64,000 nucleotides of DNA from Clostridiaceae bacterium (GTDB taxonomy: Bacteria; Bacillota; Clostridia; Saccharofermentanales; UBA5734): contig JAYFQE010000023.1 in assembly GCA_034927345.1 (NCBI GenBank), positions 80,393 to 144,392 of the forward strand. Reading direction: 5' to 3'. Position numbers and translations under genes: made by a program. How positions within the stretch are numbered: position 1 is the first letter of the stretch; the number at the start of each line of letters is the position of its first letter. The notes under the pieces are model-generated. The model ran no database searches and was not told where the DNA came from. It worked only from the letters and a program-made list of their open reading frames with translations. Below, one piece after another: positions 1 to 10,207 of the stretch.

Positions 1-187
1 TGTCCTTTTCCAGAGTCGAAGCACTGACCAGTGTTTTTCCGGTACTGTCATCGATAACCTGGGCGTAAATATTGGACAGACTGCGGTAAACACAAAGTCT
101 CGGCCGCTCAGGTGTTCCGCTGATCTTGTTCCGGACTCTGACATGCTTTCTCTTGCGGATTTCGTTTCTGCAAGCTTTATTGATCAT
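1..187 (-). CDS. rplR: 50S ribosomal protein L18 (partial, continues beyond window start)
   Basis: Reverse-strand translation from ATG at 187..185 gives [57 protein letters not shown], typical L18 N-terminus; directly downstream of L6 in canonical spc order; no stop before window edge. Confidence 0.8.
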   Translation of the reverse strand, partial: MINKACRNEIRKRKHVRVRNKISGTPERPRLCVYRSLSNIYAQVIDDSTGKTLVSASTLEKD

Positions 188-204
188 AACGTCTCACCTC
201 TTTC

Positions 205-756
205 TTATTTCTTTCCGCCCTTGGCGCCGGTCTTGCCTTCTTTAAGCTTCAGGACTTCAAAATCATATTTGATTCCTTTGCCCTTATACGGATCCGGTAA
301 ACGGAAAGAACGTATTTTTGCGGCTGTTTCTCCGACTAATTGTTTATCAGCGCCTTTTACGACGATTTTATTCGGATTGGGTACGTCAAATGAAATACCT
401 GCCGGCTCTTCCAGTTCGATTGGATGTGAATATCCAAGGTTCAAAACCAGTTTGCTGCCTTGTTTTTGAGCCCGGAAACCGACGCCGTTGATATCCAGGT
501 TTTTCGAGAATCCTTTGGATACTCCGATAACCATGTTGTTCAACAAGGATCTGGTTAAACCGTGCAGAGCTTTGTTCGCTTTATCGTCATTGGGACGAAA
601 CACGCGGATGGTATTGTCTTCAATGGCAACCGACATAGCCGGATGTACCACTTGCGTCAGTACCGATTTGCCGGCTTTTACCGTTACGAGGGCTCCGTCC
701 ACTTTGACCTCAACCCCGGATGGGATCTCGATCGGTAATTTTCCTATTCTGGACAT
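205..756 (-). CDS. rplF: 50S ribosomal protein L6
   Basis: 183 aa [24 protein letters not shown]... classic L6; spc operon order. Confidence 0.95.
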   Translation of the reverse strand: MSRIGKLPIEIPSGVEVKVDGALVTVKAGKSVLTQVVHPAMSVAIEDNTIRVFRPNDDKANKALHGLTRSLLNNMVIGVSKGFSKNLDINGVGFRAQKQGSKLVLNLGYSHPIELEEPAGISFDVPNPNKIVVKGADKQLVGETAAKIRSFRLPDPYKGKGIKYDFEVLKLKEGKTGAKGGKK

Positions 757-831
757 GGTCCATTCCTCCTGCTCTTAAGATTGCAGGCCGCAGCTTTTAA
801 AGACCGCAGCCCTTTTCAGAGTTCCGTTATT

Positions 832-1227
832 TTACCAGACATAGGCGAGAACTTCGCCGCCGATGCCTTCGTTTCTGGCCTTTTTATCGGTCATGATCCC
901 TTTTGATGTCGATATGATCGCTATGCCAAGACCCCCGAGAACCTTGGGCAAATTTTCATTATCGGCATAAACACGCAAACCGGGACGGGATATGCGTTTG
1001 ATTCCTGAAATAACCGGTTTTTTTGCGGCATATTTCAAAGTCAGCTTCAATTTCCCCTGCTTTTCATCAGCAAAGAATTCTACGCGATTAATATAGCCTT
1101 CTTCCAGAAGAATCTGGGCGATAGCCTTTTTGACATTGGACGCCGGGACCTCACAAACGGCATGGCCGGCAGTACCGGCATTGCGGACTCTGGTGAGCAT
1201 ATCGGCAATGGAATCTGTTATCTGCAT
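832..1227 (-). CDS. rpsH: 30S ribosomal protein S8
   Basis: 131 aa [17 protein letters not shown]... classic S8 N-terminus. Confidence 0.95.
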   Translation of the reverse strand: MQITDSIADMLTRVRNAGTAGHAVCEVPASNVKKAIAQILLEEGYINRVEFFADEKQGKLKLTLKYAAKKPVISGIKRISRPGLRVYADNENLPKVLGGLGIAIISTSKGIMTDKKARNEGIGGEVLAYVW

Positions 1228-1254
1228 GCGACTTCCTCCTTCCTGACGCCGGGT

Positions 1255-1440
1255 TTACCAGCTAGCTTTGCGAATACCGGGTATCTGACCCTTATAGGCA
1301 AGCTCCCTGAAACACAGGCGACAGACGCCGTACTTGCGGATATAAGCATGGGGCCGGCCGCACAGCTTGCAGCGATGATAAGCGCGTGTGCTGAACTTGG
1401 GTTCAGCCTGCTGTTTGAGTATCATTGACTTTTTTGCCAT
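1255..1440 (-). CDS. rpsZ: 30S ribosomal protein S14 type Z (zinc-binding)
   Basis: 61 aa from internal ATG ([11 protein letters not shown]...[23 protein letters not shown]) with CxxC...CxxC; ORF-track 84 aa version has an unlikely N-extension. Confidence 0.9.
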   Translation of the reverse strand: MAKKSMILKQQAEPKFSTRAYHRCKLCGRPHAYIRKYGVCRLCFRELAYKGQIPGIRKASW

Positions 1441-1456
1441 TTTCCGTTCCTCCCGC

Positions 1457-1996
1457 TTATTTGCTGAACGGCATGCCGAGCAGACGAAGCAGCTCGCGCG
1501 CTTCCTCATCGGTTTGTGCCGTTGTCACGATAATGATGTCCATTCCGCGGATCTTATCGATTTTGTCATATTCGATTTCCGAAAAGATCAGCTGTTCCTT
1601 CGCACCCATGGCATAATTGCCATGTCCGTCAAAAGAATTGGGATTGACACCACGAAAGTCTCGCACACGCGGCAGAGCAATATTGATAAATTTGTCCAGA
1701 AATTCGTACATTTTTTCGCCGCGCAGGGTTACCTTGCAGCCGATATTCATGCCCTCACGCAGTTTAAATGCGGATACGGACTTCTTTGCCTTGGTAATCA
1801 CAGCTTTTTGACCGGCTATAATACCCATGTCGCGGGCTGCGTTTTCGATTGCCTTGGGATTTTCTTTAACATCGCCGACACCCATGTTCAGGACAACTTT
1901 GTCCAGCTTCGGGATCTGCATCGGCGACTTGTATTTGAAGGTTTGTTGAAGCGCTGGAGCGGCTTCATTGGTGTATTTGTCTTTAAGTCTTGACAT
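1457..1996 (-). CDS. rplE: 50S ribosomal protein L5
   Basis: 179 aa [41 protein letters not shown]... classic L5. Confidence 0.95.
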   Translation of the reverse strand: MSRLKDKYTNEAAPALQQTFKYKSPMQIPKLDKVVLNMGVGDVKENPKAIENAARDMGIIAGQKAVITKAKKSVSAFKLREGMNIGCKVTLRGEKMYEFLDKFINIALPRVRDFRGVNPNSFDGHGNYAMGAKEQLIFSEIEYDKIDKIRGMDIIIVTTAQTDEEARELLRLLGMPFSK

Positions 1997-2019
1997 AGCC
2001 TATACCTCCTCTGCCGCCT

Positions 2020-2361
2020 TTACTTCTTGACTTCTCTTATTGTGTCGATAATCTCGCCACAGGCCTTGCAAACACGGACTTTTTCGCCGTTCTCCATAAT
2101 CTTGCGGCCGGTCTTGCTGGGATGCTTGCATTTATTGCAGATCAGCATGACATTGGCGCTTGAAATAGAAGTTTCCTGATTGATGATTCCGCCTTGCTGA
2201 TTGCGTCCACGCGGCTTTTTATGTTTGACCGCCATATTGACGCCTTCAACGATAACCCGGCTGGCATCAAGGTCTACTTTTAAAACCTTGCCGGTTTTAC
2301 CGGTATCCTTGCCTTTGAGCACGATTACCTGATCATCTTTTTTGACATGTACCTTAGACAT
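2020..2361 (-). CDS. rplX: 50S ribosomal protein L24
   Basis: 113 aa MSKVHVKKDDQVIVLKGKDTGKTGKVLKV KOW motif. Confidence 0.9.
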   Translation of the reverse strand: MSKVHVKKDDQVIVLKGKDTGKTGKVLKVDLDASRVIVEGVNMAVKHKKPRGRNQQGGIINQETSISSANVMLICNKCKHPSKTGRKIMENGEKVRVCKACGEIIDTIREVKK

Positions 2362-2376
2362 CGCGCTTGTTCCTCC

Positions 2377-2745
2377 TTACAGAACCTCTGGGGCCAGCGA
2401 AAGGATCTTCATGTAGTCCTTGTCTCTGAGCTCTCTGGCGATCGGCCCGAAGATACGGGTACCGCGCGGATTCTTGTCTTCTTTGATGATGACGGCCGCA
2501 TTCTCGTCGAATTTGATATATGAACCATCCGGACGGCGGACACCTTTGGCAGAACGCACGATGACTGCTTTAACGACCTCGCCTTTTTTAACTAGACCGC
2601 CAGGCGTCGCCTCGCGTACCGAGCAGACGATGACATCACCGATATTGGCATATTTGCGCCATGAACCACCGAGCACCTTGATGCACATCAGTTCTTTTGC
2701 TCCGGTGTTGTCGGCGGATTTTAGGATTGTTTGTACCTGGATCAT
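2377..2745 (-). CDS. rplN: 50S ribosomal protein L14
   Basis: 122 aa [28 protein letters not shown]... classic L14. Confidence 0.95.
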   Translation of the reverse strand: MIQVQTILKSADNTGAKELMCIKVLGGSWRKYANIGDVIVCSVREATPGGLVKKGEVVKAVIVRSAKGVRRPDGSYIKFDENAAVIIKEDKNPRGTRIFGPIARELRDKDYMKILSLAPEVL

Positions 2746-2778
2746 AAATTTCCTCCTTCCCGAAAACCGACGGCAGTG

Positions 2779-3036
2779 TTATTTGGCCTTCTCAATGATT
2801 TCAACCAGGCGCCAGCGTTTTTCTTTGCTGATCGGACGGGTTTCCATCACGCGGACCTTGTCACCGGAATGGCATTCATTGTTCTCATCATGGGCTTTCA
2901 GTTTATATGTACGCTTGACAATCTTCTTGTATAGCGGATGGCGAACATGTTCTGTAACCGATACAACAATCGTCTTGTCCATTTTGTCGCTGCTGACCAG
3001 CCCGACCCGGGTTTTTCTGAGGTTTCTTTCACTCAT
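2779..3036 (-). CDS. rpsQ: 30S ribosomal protein S17
   Basis: 85 aa from [25 protein letters not shown]...; operon position. Confidence 0.9.
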   Translation of the reverse strand: MSERNLRKTRVGLVSSDKMDKTIVVSVTEHVRHPLYKKIVKRTYKLKAHDENNECHSGDKVRVMETRPISKEKRWRLVEIIEKAK

Positions 3037-3050
3037 GGCCTGATCCCCCT

Positions 3051-3263
3051 TCACTCTTTGATGCCCTTGAGCTCGCGCTCGCGTAAAATGGTTTTAACAC
3101 GGGCAATGTCCCTTTTAACGCTTTGGAGCTTTAAGGGGTTTTCAAGCTGGTTGATGGCGTGTTGAAACCTGAGTTTAAATAATTCTTCTTTTAAGGCAAC
3201 GAGTTCTTCGTTCAGCTCAGCGATCGATTTATCGCGGATTTCACTCGGCTTCATTGACGTCAC
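3051..3263 (-). CDS. rpmC: 50S ribosomal protein L29
   Basis: 70 aa [31 protein letters not shown]... classic L29. Confidence 0.9.
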   Translation of the reverse strand: MTSMKPSEIRDKSIAELNEELVALKEELFKLRFQHAINQLENPLKLQSVKRDIARVKTILRERELKGIKE

Positions 3264-3675
3264 CTTCCTTTTCTCGTGTTACGATCTTGGTCTTGCAAGG
3301 GAGCTTGTGGGCAGCCAGCCGCATGGCCTCTTTGGCTTCTTCGTCTGTGACGCCGGCGATTTCAAACAGGACACGGCCCGGTTTTACGACCGCAACCCAA
3401 TATTCCGGCGATCCTTTGCCGGAACCCATTCGGGTTTCGGCCGGTTTTGCCGTTACCGGCTTATCCGGGAATATTTTGATCCAAACCTGACCGCCGCGCT
3501 TGACGAAACGATTGATCGCTACACGGGCTGCTTCAATTTGATTGCTGGTGATCCAGCAAGGCTCGAGCGCCTGCAAACCATAATCGCCGTAGTTAACAAC
3601 AGTACCGCGTGTTGCTTTACCGGTCATGCGTCCCCGGTGCTGTCTTCTATACTTGACACGTTTTGGAAGCAACAT
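3241..3675 (-). CDS. rplP: 50S ribosomal protein L16
   Basis: 144 aa [24 protein letters not shown]... classic L16. Confidence 0.95.
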   Translation of the reverse strand: MLLPKRVKYRRQHRGRMTGKATRGTVVNYGDYGLQALEPCWITSNQIEAARVAINRFVKRGGQVWIKIFPDKPVTAKPAETRMGSGKGSPEYWVAVVKPGRVLFEIAGVTDEEAKEAMRLAAHKLPCKTKIVTREKEGDVNEAE

Positions 3676-4346
3676 CAGGCTTCGCCTCCTTCCGCGACTT
3701 TGGCTTTGCGGGGTGCGGGATAAATCGCACCTTTATAAATCCAAACCTTTACACCGATACGGCCATAGGTTGTTTTTGCTTCAGCAAATCCGTAGTCGAT
3801 ATCCGCGCGCAAAGTCTGCAGCGGAATGGTTCCTTCATGATAATGTTCACTGCGGGCGATTTCAGCGCCGCCCAATCGGCCGCCGACAGCTGTCTTGATA
3901 CCTTTGGCGCCCATTTTCATAGCCCGGCTCATCGCTTGTTTCATTGCCCGGCGGAACGAAACACGTTCTTCCAGCTGTTTGGCGATATTTTCAGCAACCA
4001 GCTGCGCTTCGGTATCGACGGATTTGATTTCATTAACGTTGATAAAGAAATTACGGCCGAATTTAGCGACCAGCTTCTTTTTCAAGTCTTCGATGCCAGC
4101 GCCCTGGCGTCCGATAATGATACCCGGTTTACCGGTTGAAATCGCAACCAGAGTCTTCTCATCGCCCTTGCGTTCAATTTCGATACGGGATACGCCGGCT
4201 TTAAAGCACTCAGTCTTGACAAAATCGCGGATTCTTTTATCCTCGACCAGATATCTGCTAAAATCTTTTTTATCGGCGTACCATTTGGTGTCCCAATCTT
4301 TGATAACGCCCACTCTCAGTCCATGGGGATTAACCTTCTGGCCCAT
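3675..4346 (-). CDS. rpsC: 30S ribosomal protein S3
   Basis: 223 aa [24 protein letters not shown]... classic S3 with KH domain. Confidence 0.95.
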   Translation of the reverse strand: MGQKVNPHGLRVGVIKDWDTKWYADKKDFSRYLVEDKRIRDFVKTECFKAGVSRIEIERKGDEKTLVAISTGKPGIIIGRQGAGIEDLKKKLVAKFGRNFFINVNEIKSVDTEAQLVAENIAKQLEERVSFRRAMKQAMSRAMKMGAKGIKTAVGGRLGGAEIARSEHYHEGTIPLQTLRADIDYGFAEAKTTYGRIGVKVWIYKGAIYPAPRKAKVAEGGEA

Positions 4347-4358
4347 CTGTCAGCCTCC

Positions 4359-4835
4359 TTAATTCTTCTCTTTAAGAACAAGCGTTACATGGCTGGTTCT
4401 TTTGTGGATTTGTGCTGCGCTGCCGCGGGCTTTGGGAATAATGCGCTTCAGGACCGGGCCCGGGTTGGCATAGCAGTCAGCCACATAGAGCGAGTCGCGC
4501 GAAAGGCTATTGTTGTTGACGGCATTCGATTCGGCTGATTTCAGTAATTTGGCGAGAACCGGCGACGCTGCCTTGGGGGTATATTTGAGGATGGCATATG
4601 CATCATCGATGGTCTTGCCCTTAATCAGATTCACGACGACGGCAACTTTACGCGGCGCAAGGCGGACATTCTTGGCAATAGCTTTGCCTTCATCTTTGCC
4701 GACACCAAGCACTTTACGTTCTTTCTTCGTTAAAAGTGCGGTTCTCTTGAATTTATTAATGGGTTTAGAATATTGAGCCAGAATATCATCCCGGTTTTCC
4801 AGCATATATTCTTTATTCATGACCTTTTTTTCCAC
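4359..4835 (-). CDS. rplV: 50S ribosomal protein L22 with ~45-aa N-terminal extension
   Basis: L22 core from GKAIAKNVRLAPRKVAVVVNLIKGK...; GTG start at 4835 has AGGGAGG 7 nt upstream, supporting the long form. Confidence 0.85.
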   Translation of the reverse strand: MEKKVMNKEYMLENRDDILAQYSKPINKFKRTALLTKKERKVLGVGKDEGKAIAKNVRLAPRKVAVVVNLIKGKTIDDAYAILKYTPKAASPVLAKLLKSAESNAVNNNSLSRDSLYVADCYANPGPVLKRIIPKARGSAAQIHKRTSHVTLVLKEKN

Positions 4836-4868
4836 TTCGTGTTCCTCCCTTCTGTCCCTTGGTTGCCA

Positions 4869-5150
4869 CTATTTAGCGGCAGAGGATTTCTCTGATCCCG
4901 CATGGCCCCTAAAGGTCCTGGTGGGAGCAAACTCGCCCAGTTTATGGCCGACCATTTCTTCTGTCATATAGACCGGAACATGTTTTCTGCCGTCATATAC
5001 AGCAATGGTATGACCGACCATTTCCGGGAATATGGTAGAAGCTCTGGACCAGGTTTTAATGACCTTTTTCTCATTCTTCTTGTTCATCGCTTCAATTTTG
5101 CTCATTAAAGCTTCTTGTACGAAATAACCTTTTTTTATTGATCTGCTCAT
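4869..5150 (-). CDS. rpsS: 30S ribosomal protein S19
   Basis: [20 protein letters not shown]...; first ATG of the track ORF (MRL) is probably not the start. Confidence 0.95.
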   Translation of the reverse strand: MSRSIKKGYFVQEALMSKIEAMNKKNEKKVIKTWSRASTIFPEMVGHTIAVYDGRKHVPVYMTEEMVGHKLGEFAPTRTFRGHAGSEKSSAAK

Positions 5151-5171
5151 AAGCCGCAAGCCTCCATCTGA

Positions 5172-6002
5172 TTACTTGTTCCTTCTCTTGACAATATACT
5201 TGTCGGAAGGTTTCTTGCGATCCCTGGTTTTCTTGCCGAGAGTCGGAACACCCCAAGGGGTAACCGGACCCGGACGGCCGATCGGAGACTTGCCTTCACC
5301 ACCGCCGTGGGGATGATCGCAAGGATTCATAACCACGCCGCGGACTGTCGGACGGACACCCATATGGCGTTTGCGGCCGGCCTTGCCGAGATTGACATTC
5401 TCATGTTCGCTGTTGCCGACGCTGCCGATCGTGGCGCGGCAATTGAGGGTAACCATGCGGACTTCGCCGGAAGGCAGGCGGATCTGGGCATATAGCCCTT
5501 CCTTAGCCATCAGCTGGGCGCCGGTACCGGCTGTGCGAACCATTTGGGATCCTCTGCCGGGTTTCATTTCGATATTATGGATTATGGTGCCGACCGGTAT
5601 CATTTCTATCGGCAGAGCATTGCCGGCAATAATATCAGCTGACGGACCGCTTTCGATAACGCTGCCGACTTTGATGCCTTCCGGAGCCAGGATGTAGGCT
5701 TTTTCGCCATCCAGATATTGGATCAAGGCGAGATAAGCCGTGCGGTTCGGATCATATTCTATAGCCTTAACAGTCGCTTTGACGCCGTCTTTGCTGCGTT
5801 TCCAGTCAATGATGCGGACTTTGCGACGATTGCCGCCGCCGATATGACGAACGGTGATTCGGCCGTAACTGTTGCGGCCGCCGGAATTGCTCCGGGTCAT
5901 CAACAGGTTCTTCTCAGGCGCTTTGGCGCTGATTTCCGAGAAATCAGCCACGGTCATTTGCCTTCTGGCCGGAGAAGTCGGATTAAAGCTTTTTGTTGCC
6001 AT
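5172..6002 (-). CDS. rplB: 50S ribosomal protein L2
   Basis: 276 aa [18 protein letters not shown]... classic L2. Confidence 0.95.
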   Translation of the reverse strand: MATKSFNPTSPARRQMTVADFSEISAKAPEKNLLMTRSNSGGRNSYGRITVRHIGGGNRRKVRIIDWKRSKDGVKATVKAIEYDPNRTAYLALIQYLDGEKAYILAPEGIKVGSVIESGPSADIIAGNALPIEMIPVGTIIHNIEMKPGRGSQMVRTAGTGAQLMAKEGLYAQIRLPSGEVRMVTLNCRATIGSVGNSEHENVNLGKAGRKRHMGVRPTVRGVVMNPCDHPHGGGEGKSPIGRPGPVTPWGVPTLGKKTRDRKKPSDKYIVKRRNK

Positions 6003-6033
6003 CTTTGTTCACTCCTTCTCTTGATCGCCCGGC

Positions 6034-6387
6034 TTACTGGCCGAACCCGAATTCCTCAATGGTCGTCTTGTACTTCCGGTTCGACTGGCTGGCTTTGCCG
6101 CCTTTGATCTGGAAAGACTCCGACTGAGGTTCGGTGCTGATGGTCACAACCGCTTTTTTCCAAGAACTGGTCAGGCCTTGATGAACGCCCATGCGTTTGC
6201 TTTTGCCATCATAATTGACGGTATTGACCTTGCGTACTTTGACGTCGAACAACTTTTCGCAAGCCTGACGGATTTCCGGCTTGGTCGCTGTTGTAGCAAC
6301 AAGAAAAGTGTATTTGCCGATTGCCGCGTCACCGGTGCTTTTTTCAGTGATGATCGGCTGGATGATGATGTCATGCGCCGTTTTCAT
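6034..6387 (-). CDS. rplW: 50S ribosomal protein L23 (with ~20-aa C-terminal extension)
   Basis: 117 aa; L23 core, plus extra acidic/basic tail ...EPQSESFQIKGGKASQSNRKYKTTIEEFGFGQ. Confidence 0.9.
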   Translation of the reverse strand: MKTAHDIIIQPIITEKSTGDAAIGKYTFLVATTATKPEIRQACEKLFDVKVRKVNTVNYDGKSKRMGVHQGLTSSWKKAVVTISTEPQSESFQIKGGKASQSNRKYKTTIEEFGFGQ

Positions 6388-7010
6388 TAAATATACACCT
6401 CCTGAACTTTCAGGACAGCCTCTTTGGTGACGACAAATTTATCGAACTTGAGGATGTCAAATACATTGATTGTGTTGATCAATGCGGTTTTAACGCCGAT
6501 GATATTGCGAGTCGACTTTTCAATGGTTTCATCACGATTGACGGTAACCAGCAAAGTAGACGAATTGGCGCCGATATTGCTGAGAATCTTCACCATTTTC
6601 TGGGTTTTAATCTCCGGAAGTTCCAATGATTCCAGAACAATCAGACTGCCGGATGCAACTTTGGCCGACAATGCCGATTTCATGGCCAGCCTTCTGACTT
6701 TCTTCGGCAGGGTGTAGCTGTAATCGCGCGGTTTGGGTCCAAAAATGATGCCGCCGCCGACATGCTGAGCCGAACGGGTCGAACCCTGACGGGCGCGGCC
6801 GGTTCCCTTCTGACGATAAGGTTTTCTGCCGCCGCCGGATACTTCACTGCGGGTTTTTGTCGAATGGGTGCCCTGACGGCGATTGGCCAACTGGTTGATC
6901 AAGGTTCGATGCAGAACATCCTGGTTGGGTTCAATGCCGAAGATGGCATCGGAAAGGTCGAGACTGCCAGTGACAGTTCCTTCCATGTTGTATACATCAA
7001 CTTTTGCCAT
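6387..7010 (-). CDS. rplD: 50S ribosomal protein L4
   Basis: 207 aa MAKVDVYNMEGTVTGSLDLSDAIFGIEPNQ... classic L4. Confidence 0.95.
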   Translation of the reverse strand: MAKVDVYNMEGTVTGSLDLSDAIFGIEPNQDVLHRTLINQLANRRQGTHSTKTRSEVSGGGRKPYRQKGTGRARQGSTRSAQHVGGGIIFGPKPRDYSYTLPKKVRRLAMKSALSAKVASGSLIVLESLELPEIKTQKMVKILSNIGANSSTLLVTVNRDETIEKSTRNIIGVKTALINTINVFDILKFDKFVVTKEAVLKVQEVYI

Positions 7011-7035
7011 TTCTATGCTCCTCCTTTGCGCCGTA

Positions 7036-7665
7036 TTACTTGGACTTGACGGACGTATAGATTTCTACGACGCCGCCTTTAGGTCCTGGAACAGCGCCCT
7101 TGACGACCAGGATATTGCGTTCGCCATCTACCATGACCACATCAAGGTTCTGTACAGTTACATTTTCAGCGCCCATGTGTCCAGGCAGCTTTTTGCCTTT
7201 GAAAACACGGCCGGGATCTGTGTTCGGACCCATGGAACCGACACGGCGATGATACATGGAACCATGCGATTCCGGGCCGCCGCGCTGGCCATAACGTTTG
7301 ATTGTGCCGGCATAGCCTTTACCTTTGGACACGCCGCTGATATCGACGTGATCGCCGGTTGTGAACATATCGGCTACGGTAATGACCTGTCCCAAAGCAT
7401 AATCGGCATCGGTTTTGAATTCGCGCATCAACTTTTTGGGTTCGACGCCGGCCTTGTCATACTGGCCTTTGTCCGGTTTGCCGACTTTGACCGCCTTGAC
7501 GGCGCCGTATCCGACTTTGACCGCTTTGTAGCCATCGGTTTCGGGTTTCTTGTTCTGAATCACAACAACCGGACCGCAATCGATGACTGTCGCCGGTATG
7601 GCCAGACCGTTCTCATCAAACAGCTGAGTCATACCTGCTTTTTTCCCAAGCATGAATTTCTCCAT
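7036..7665 (-). CDS. rplC: 50S ribosomal protein L3
   Basis: L3 core MLGKKAGMTQLFDENG...; true start probably MEKFMLGKK or MLGKK rather than the 225-aa track start. Confidence 0.9.
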   Translation of the reverse strand: MEKFMLGKKAGMTQLFDENGLAIPATVIDCGPVVVIQNKKPETDGYKAVKVGYGAVKAVKVGKPDKGQYDKAGVEPKKLMREFKTDADYALGQVITVADMFTTGDHVDISGVSKGKGYAGTIKRYGQRGGPESHGSMYHRRVGSMGPNTDPGRVFKGKKLPGHMGAENVTVQNLDVVMVDGERNILVVKGAVPGPKGGVVEIYTSVKSK

Positions 7666-7755
7666 TTTCCTTTTTACCTCCCTGGTTATTGGTTCACCGC
7701 GAACGGCGAACATGACCGCAGCGGCCTTGCTTGTGGCCGCTGCTGGATCAAAGCT

Positions 7756-8067
7756 TTACAGCTTGATTTCGATATTGACGCCGGCAGGCATTTCGAGCTT
7801 CATCAAGGCTTCAACGGTTTTCGTGTTGGGAGCCAAAACATCGATCAGCCTTTTGTGAGTCCGGATCTCAAATTGCTCACGAGAATCCTTATATTTATGG
7901 GGAGAGCGCAGAATCGTTACGATCTCTTTCTCGGTCGGAAGCGGAATAGGGCCGGAAATGCTTGCTCCGGTGCGTTTTGCAGTCTCCACAATTCTTTCGG
8001 CGCTTTCGTCGAGAATGTTGTGGTCAAAAGCCTTCAGTCTGATTCTGATTCTTTGATTTGATGCCAT
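7756..8067 (-). CDS. rpsJ: 30S ribosomal protein S10
   Basis: 103 aa [35 protein letters not shown]... classic S10; first gene of operon. Confidence 0.95.
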   Translation of the reverse strand: MASNQRIRIRLKAFDHNILDESAERIVETAKRTGASISGPIPLPTEKEIVTILRSPHKYKDSREQFEIRTHKRLIDVLAPNTKTVEALMKLEMPAGVNIEIKL

Positions 8068-8355
8068 AGGTCAAACCTCCTCATTTCTGCTTGGCCAGGT
8101 TCAACTGTGCCGGGCGTTTCTTCTCTTCCCATCATAAAACCCAGTCGACCTTCTCTTCACGAGATTCTCGCCGCTGGGCACATGCCGGAAGGCATACGCT
8201 GCGCCATCAGATTTACCTGCCGTCCGATTTCATGGAACCGGACTGCTCTGTCGAAGTTACCCGCTTCTGCGGCCGCAGCGGCCGCCGGCGGCAATCTCCG
8301 GCTTCATCGCTTACGCGTTCGCACCGTAAAACATATGCAAAGTCGCGCATCAAGT

Positions 8356-8384
8356 ATTTTATAGCAGAATACCGACAAATGCAA
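8356..8384 (-). promoter_or_regulatory. sigma-A-type promoter for the S10 operon (TTGCAT-17-TAAAAT), followed by ~280-nt leader
   Basis: Reverse strand reads cTTGCATttgtcggtattctgctaTAAAATact; near-consensus -35/-10 with 17-nt spacer. Confidence 0.5.
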
Positions 8385-8412
8385 GAGAAATTTTTCCGAT
8401 TTGCAGATAAAT

Positions 8413-9342
8413 TCAGGCAGGTTCCAGCTGCTGCAATAAAGCTTTGATTTCCTGTTGTTTAAACGAATAAGCGCTGCCGCAAAAATGGCAAACCAGATTG
8501 ATACCTTGAGGATCTTCCGCCAATTGCGACAATTCTGTGCGGCCCAGAGCGATCAGATTGCGCTCCATCCGTTCGCGGCTGCAGGGGCAGGCATATGAGC
8601 AGGGCGTGACCGTGTGGTAACGAATATCCGGATCGCCCAGCAAAAGATCGAGTATTTGGTGTGGATTGAATCCTTCTTCCAGCAAATAACTAATCTCCGG
8701 AAACCCGCCGATCCGTTTTTCCAGGTAATCGGCTACCGACGAGTCGGCGTCAGGCATCATCTGAACCATCAAGCCGCCGGCCTGGGTTATGCCCTGTTGA
8801 TCCATTTTAACACCCAGACTGATGATCGTCGGAATTTGTTCGGATATCGCCAGATAGGCCGTCAGGTCTTCGGCAATTTCACCGGAGACCAGTTCAATCC
8901 GGCCGGTATACGCTTCTTTAAGCTGCAAATCGCGAATGATGGTCAGTGTGCCTTTACCCAGGGCAGCCCCGACATCCAGTTTCCCTGGTTTTTGATAAAC
9001 AGTTTCCACGATCGGCTGCATAACCGTGCCGCGGACAGTGGCATTTTGTTCGCCAATGACGGTCAGCCCCTGCAGCGGTCCCTGGCAGCGAATCACAGCG
9101 GTAATGGTATCGCCGGGCAGGTCCAGATCCTGGGTCAACATCAGAATACCGCTCATCAGCCGCCCCATGGCCGCGGCCGCCAGCGGCGACAAGCCATGGA
9201 TACGCACGGCCTCCCGGCAAGTCAGGACGGTGCGGCAGGCGAAAATGCGGACGGCGCCCTGCAGCGCCGTGCCCCGGACGATATAATCGCCGCCGGGATC
9301 TTTCGTTGGTTCTATTCTTTCAGATTCCTTGCCCATAAGCAA
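8413..9342 (-). CDS. hslO: Hsp33 redox-regulated chaperonin HslO
   Basis: 309 aa; C-terminal zinc centre CSYACPCSRERMERNL...CHFCGSAY typical of Hsp33. Confidence 0.9.
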   Translation of the reverse strand: MLMGKESERIEPTKDPGGDYIVRGTALQGAVRIFACRTVLTCREAVRIHGLSPLAAAAMGRLMSGILMLTQDLDLPGDTITAVIRCQGPLQGLTVIGEQNATVRGTVMQPIVETVYQKPGKLDVGAALGKGTLTIIRDLQLKEAYTGRIELVSGEIAEDLTAYLAISEQIPTIISLGVKMDQQGITQAGGLMVQMMPDADSSVADYLEKRIGGFPEISYLLEEGFNPHQILDLLLGDPDIRYHTVTPCSYACPCSRERMERNLIALGRTELSQLAEDPQGINLVCHFCGSAYSFKQQEIKALLQQLEPA

Positions 9343-9353
9343 TCTGTTTCCCC

Positions 9354-10190
9354 TTATCCTTCATGTTTCTCTTCATGAGCATTAACCGGCCCGATCGGTA
9401 AAGGGCGGCGCAGGACATAAAACGTCCGTTCATTGGTTTTACCGGGCGAGGTCATTCTCATATCGCCCAGATGAGCCGCCACTTCAAGTCCGGCTTCGGC
9501 AGCCCAGGTCCGGATCTGACGGCTGTCATAATACTTTTCCACGATCACTTCGTCATATCGGCGATAACTGCCATCCGTCTGAATCAGAAACAGAACCAAT
9601 TCTGAGCGGCTGATCATTTCTTTGGGCTGATAACGATTTTTCCAGAATAATGTATAATCCGGCTGGTCATCATAAAAAAGGCCGGAGCCAAGCGAACTGG
9701 CCAAATGACGGTCGGTTGCCAAATCGAAAATCAACAAGCCGCCGGGATTGAGGTAATTGCGGCAAAGGCGAAAAAGCCGCCGGACCTGGCTGGTTCGAGT
9801 CAGATGATTGATCGTGTCCAGTAGGCAGACCATCAAGTCGACCGTGCCGTATAATTGAAATTTACTGATATCCTGCTGCAGGAAAAGACAATCCGCTCCG
9901 CCGGCCGCGCTTCTGTCATGCCGGCTCAGTTTTTCTTTGGCTTCGCTGAGCATTGCCGGTGATGAATCCAGTCCGATCGGGTCATAACCCCGATCCAGCA
10001 TTTCCAGACAGAAGCTGCCTGTTCCGCAGCCCAGATCTAAAAGCAGCGGGCGGCCTTTATAACCGTCGCCGGAACCGGCGCGGCGGCTGTATTTTCTTTC
10101 CAGCTGTTGAATATAATCAGCCCAGGCCGGTGTGTCGATCGATTGAATCCGGTCATATACACCGGCTAAAGACTGATACATTTCCGGCAT
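9354..10190 (-). CDS. class I SAM-dependent methyltransferase
   Basis: 278 aa with LDLGCGTG SAM-binding motif I. Confidence 0.75.
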   Translation of the reverse strand: MPEMYQSLAGVYDRIQSIDTPAWADYIQQLERKYSRRAGSGDGYKGRPLLLDLGCGTGSFCLEMLDRGYDPIGLDSSPAMLSEAKEKLSRHDRSAAGGADCLFLQQDISKFQLYGTVDLMVCLLDTINHLTRTSQVRRLFRLCRNYLNPGGLLIFDLATDRHLASSLGSGLFYDDQPDYTLFWKNRYQPKEMISRSELVLFLIQTDGSYRRYDEVIVEKYYDSRQIRTWAAEAGLEVAAHLGDMRMTSPGKTNERTFYVLRRPLPIGPVNAHEEKHEG

Positions 10191-10207
10191 GAATCATTCC
10201 CTCCGGC

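Noticed and set aside
6883-8061. 392-aa plus-strand ORF, and many other 60-200 aa ORFs antisense to ribosomal and other genes (e.g. 1388..1993, 2420..3043, 3663..4139)
   Set aside because: They lie opposite well-supported conserved genes, have low-complexity Arg/Ala/Gly-rich translations and no RBS. They are typical GC-driven open frames, not genes.
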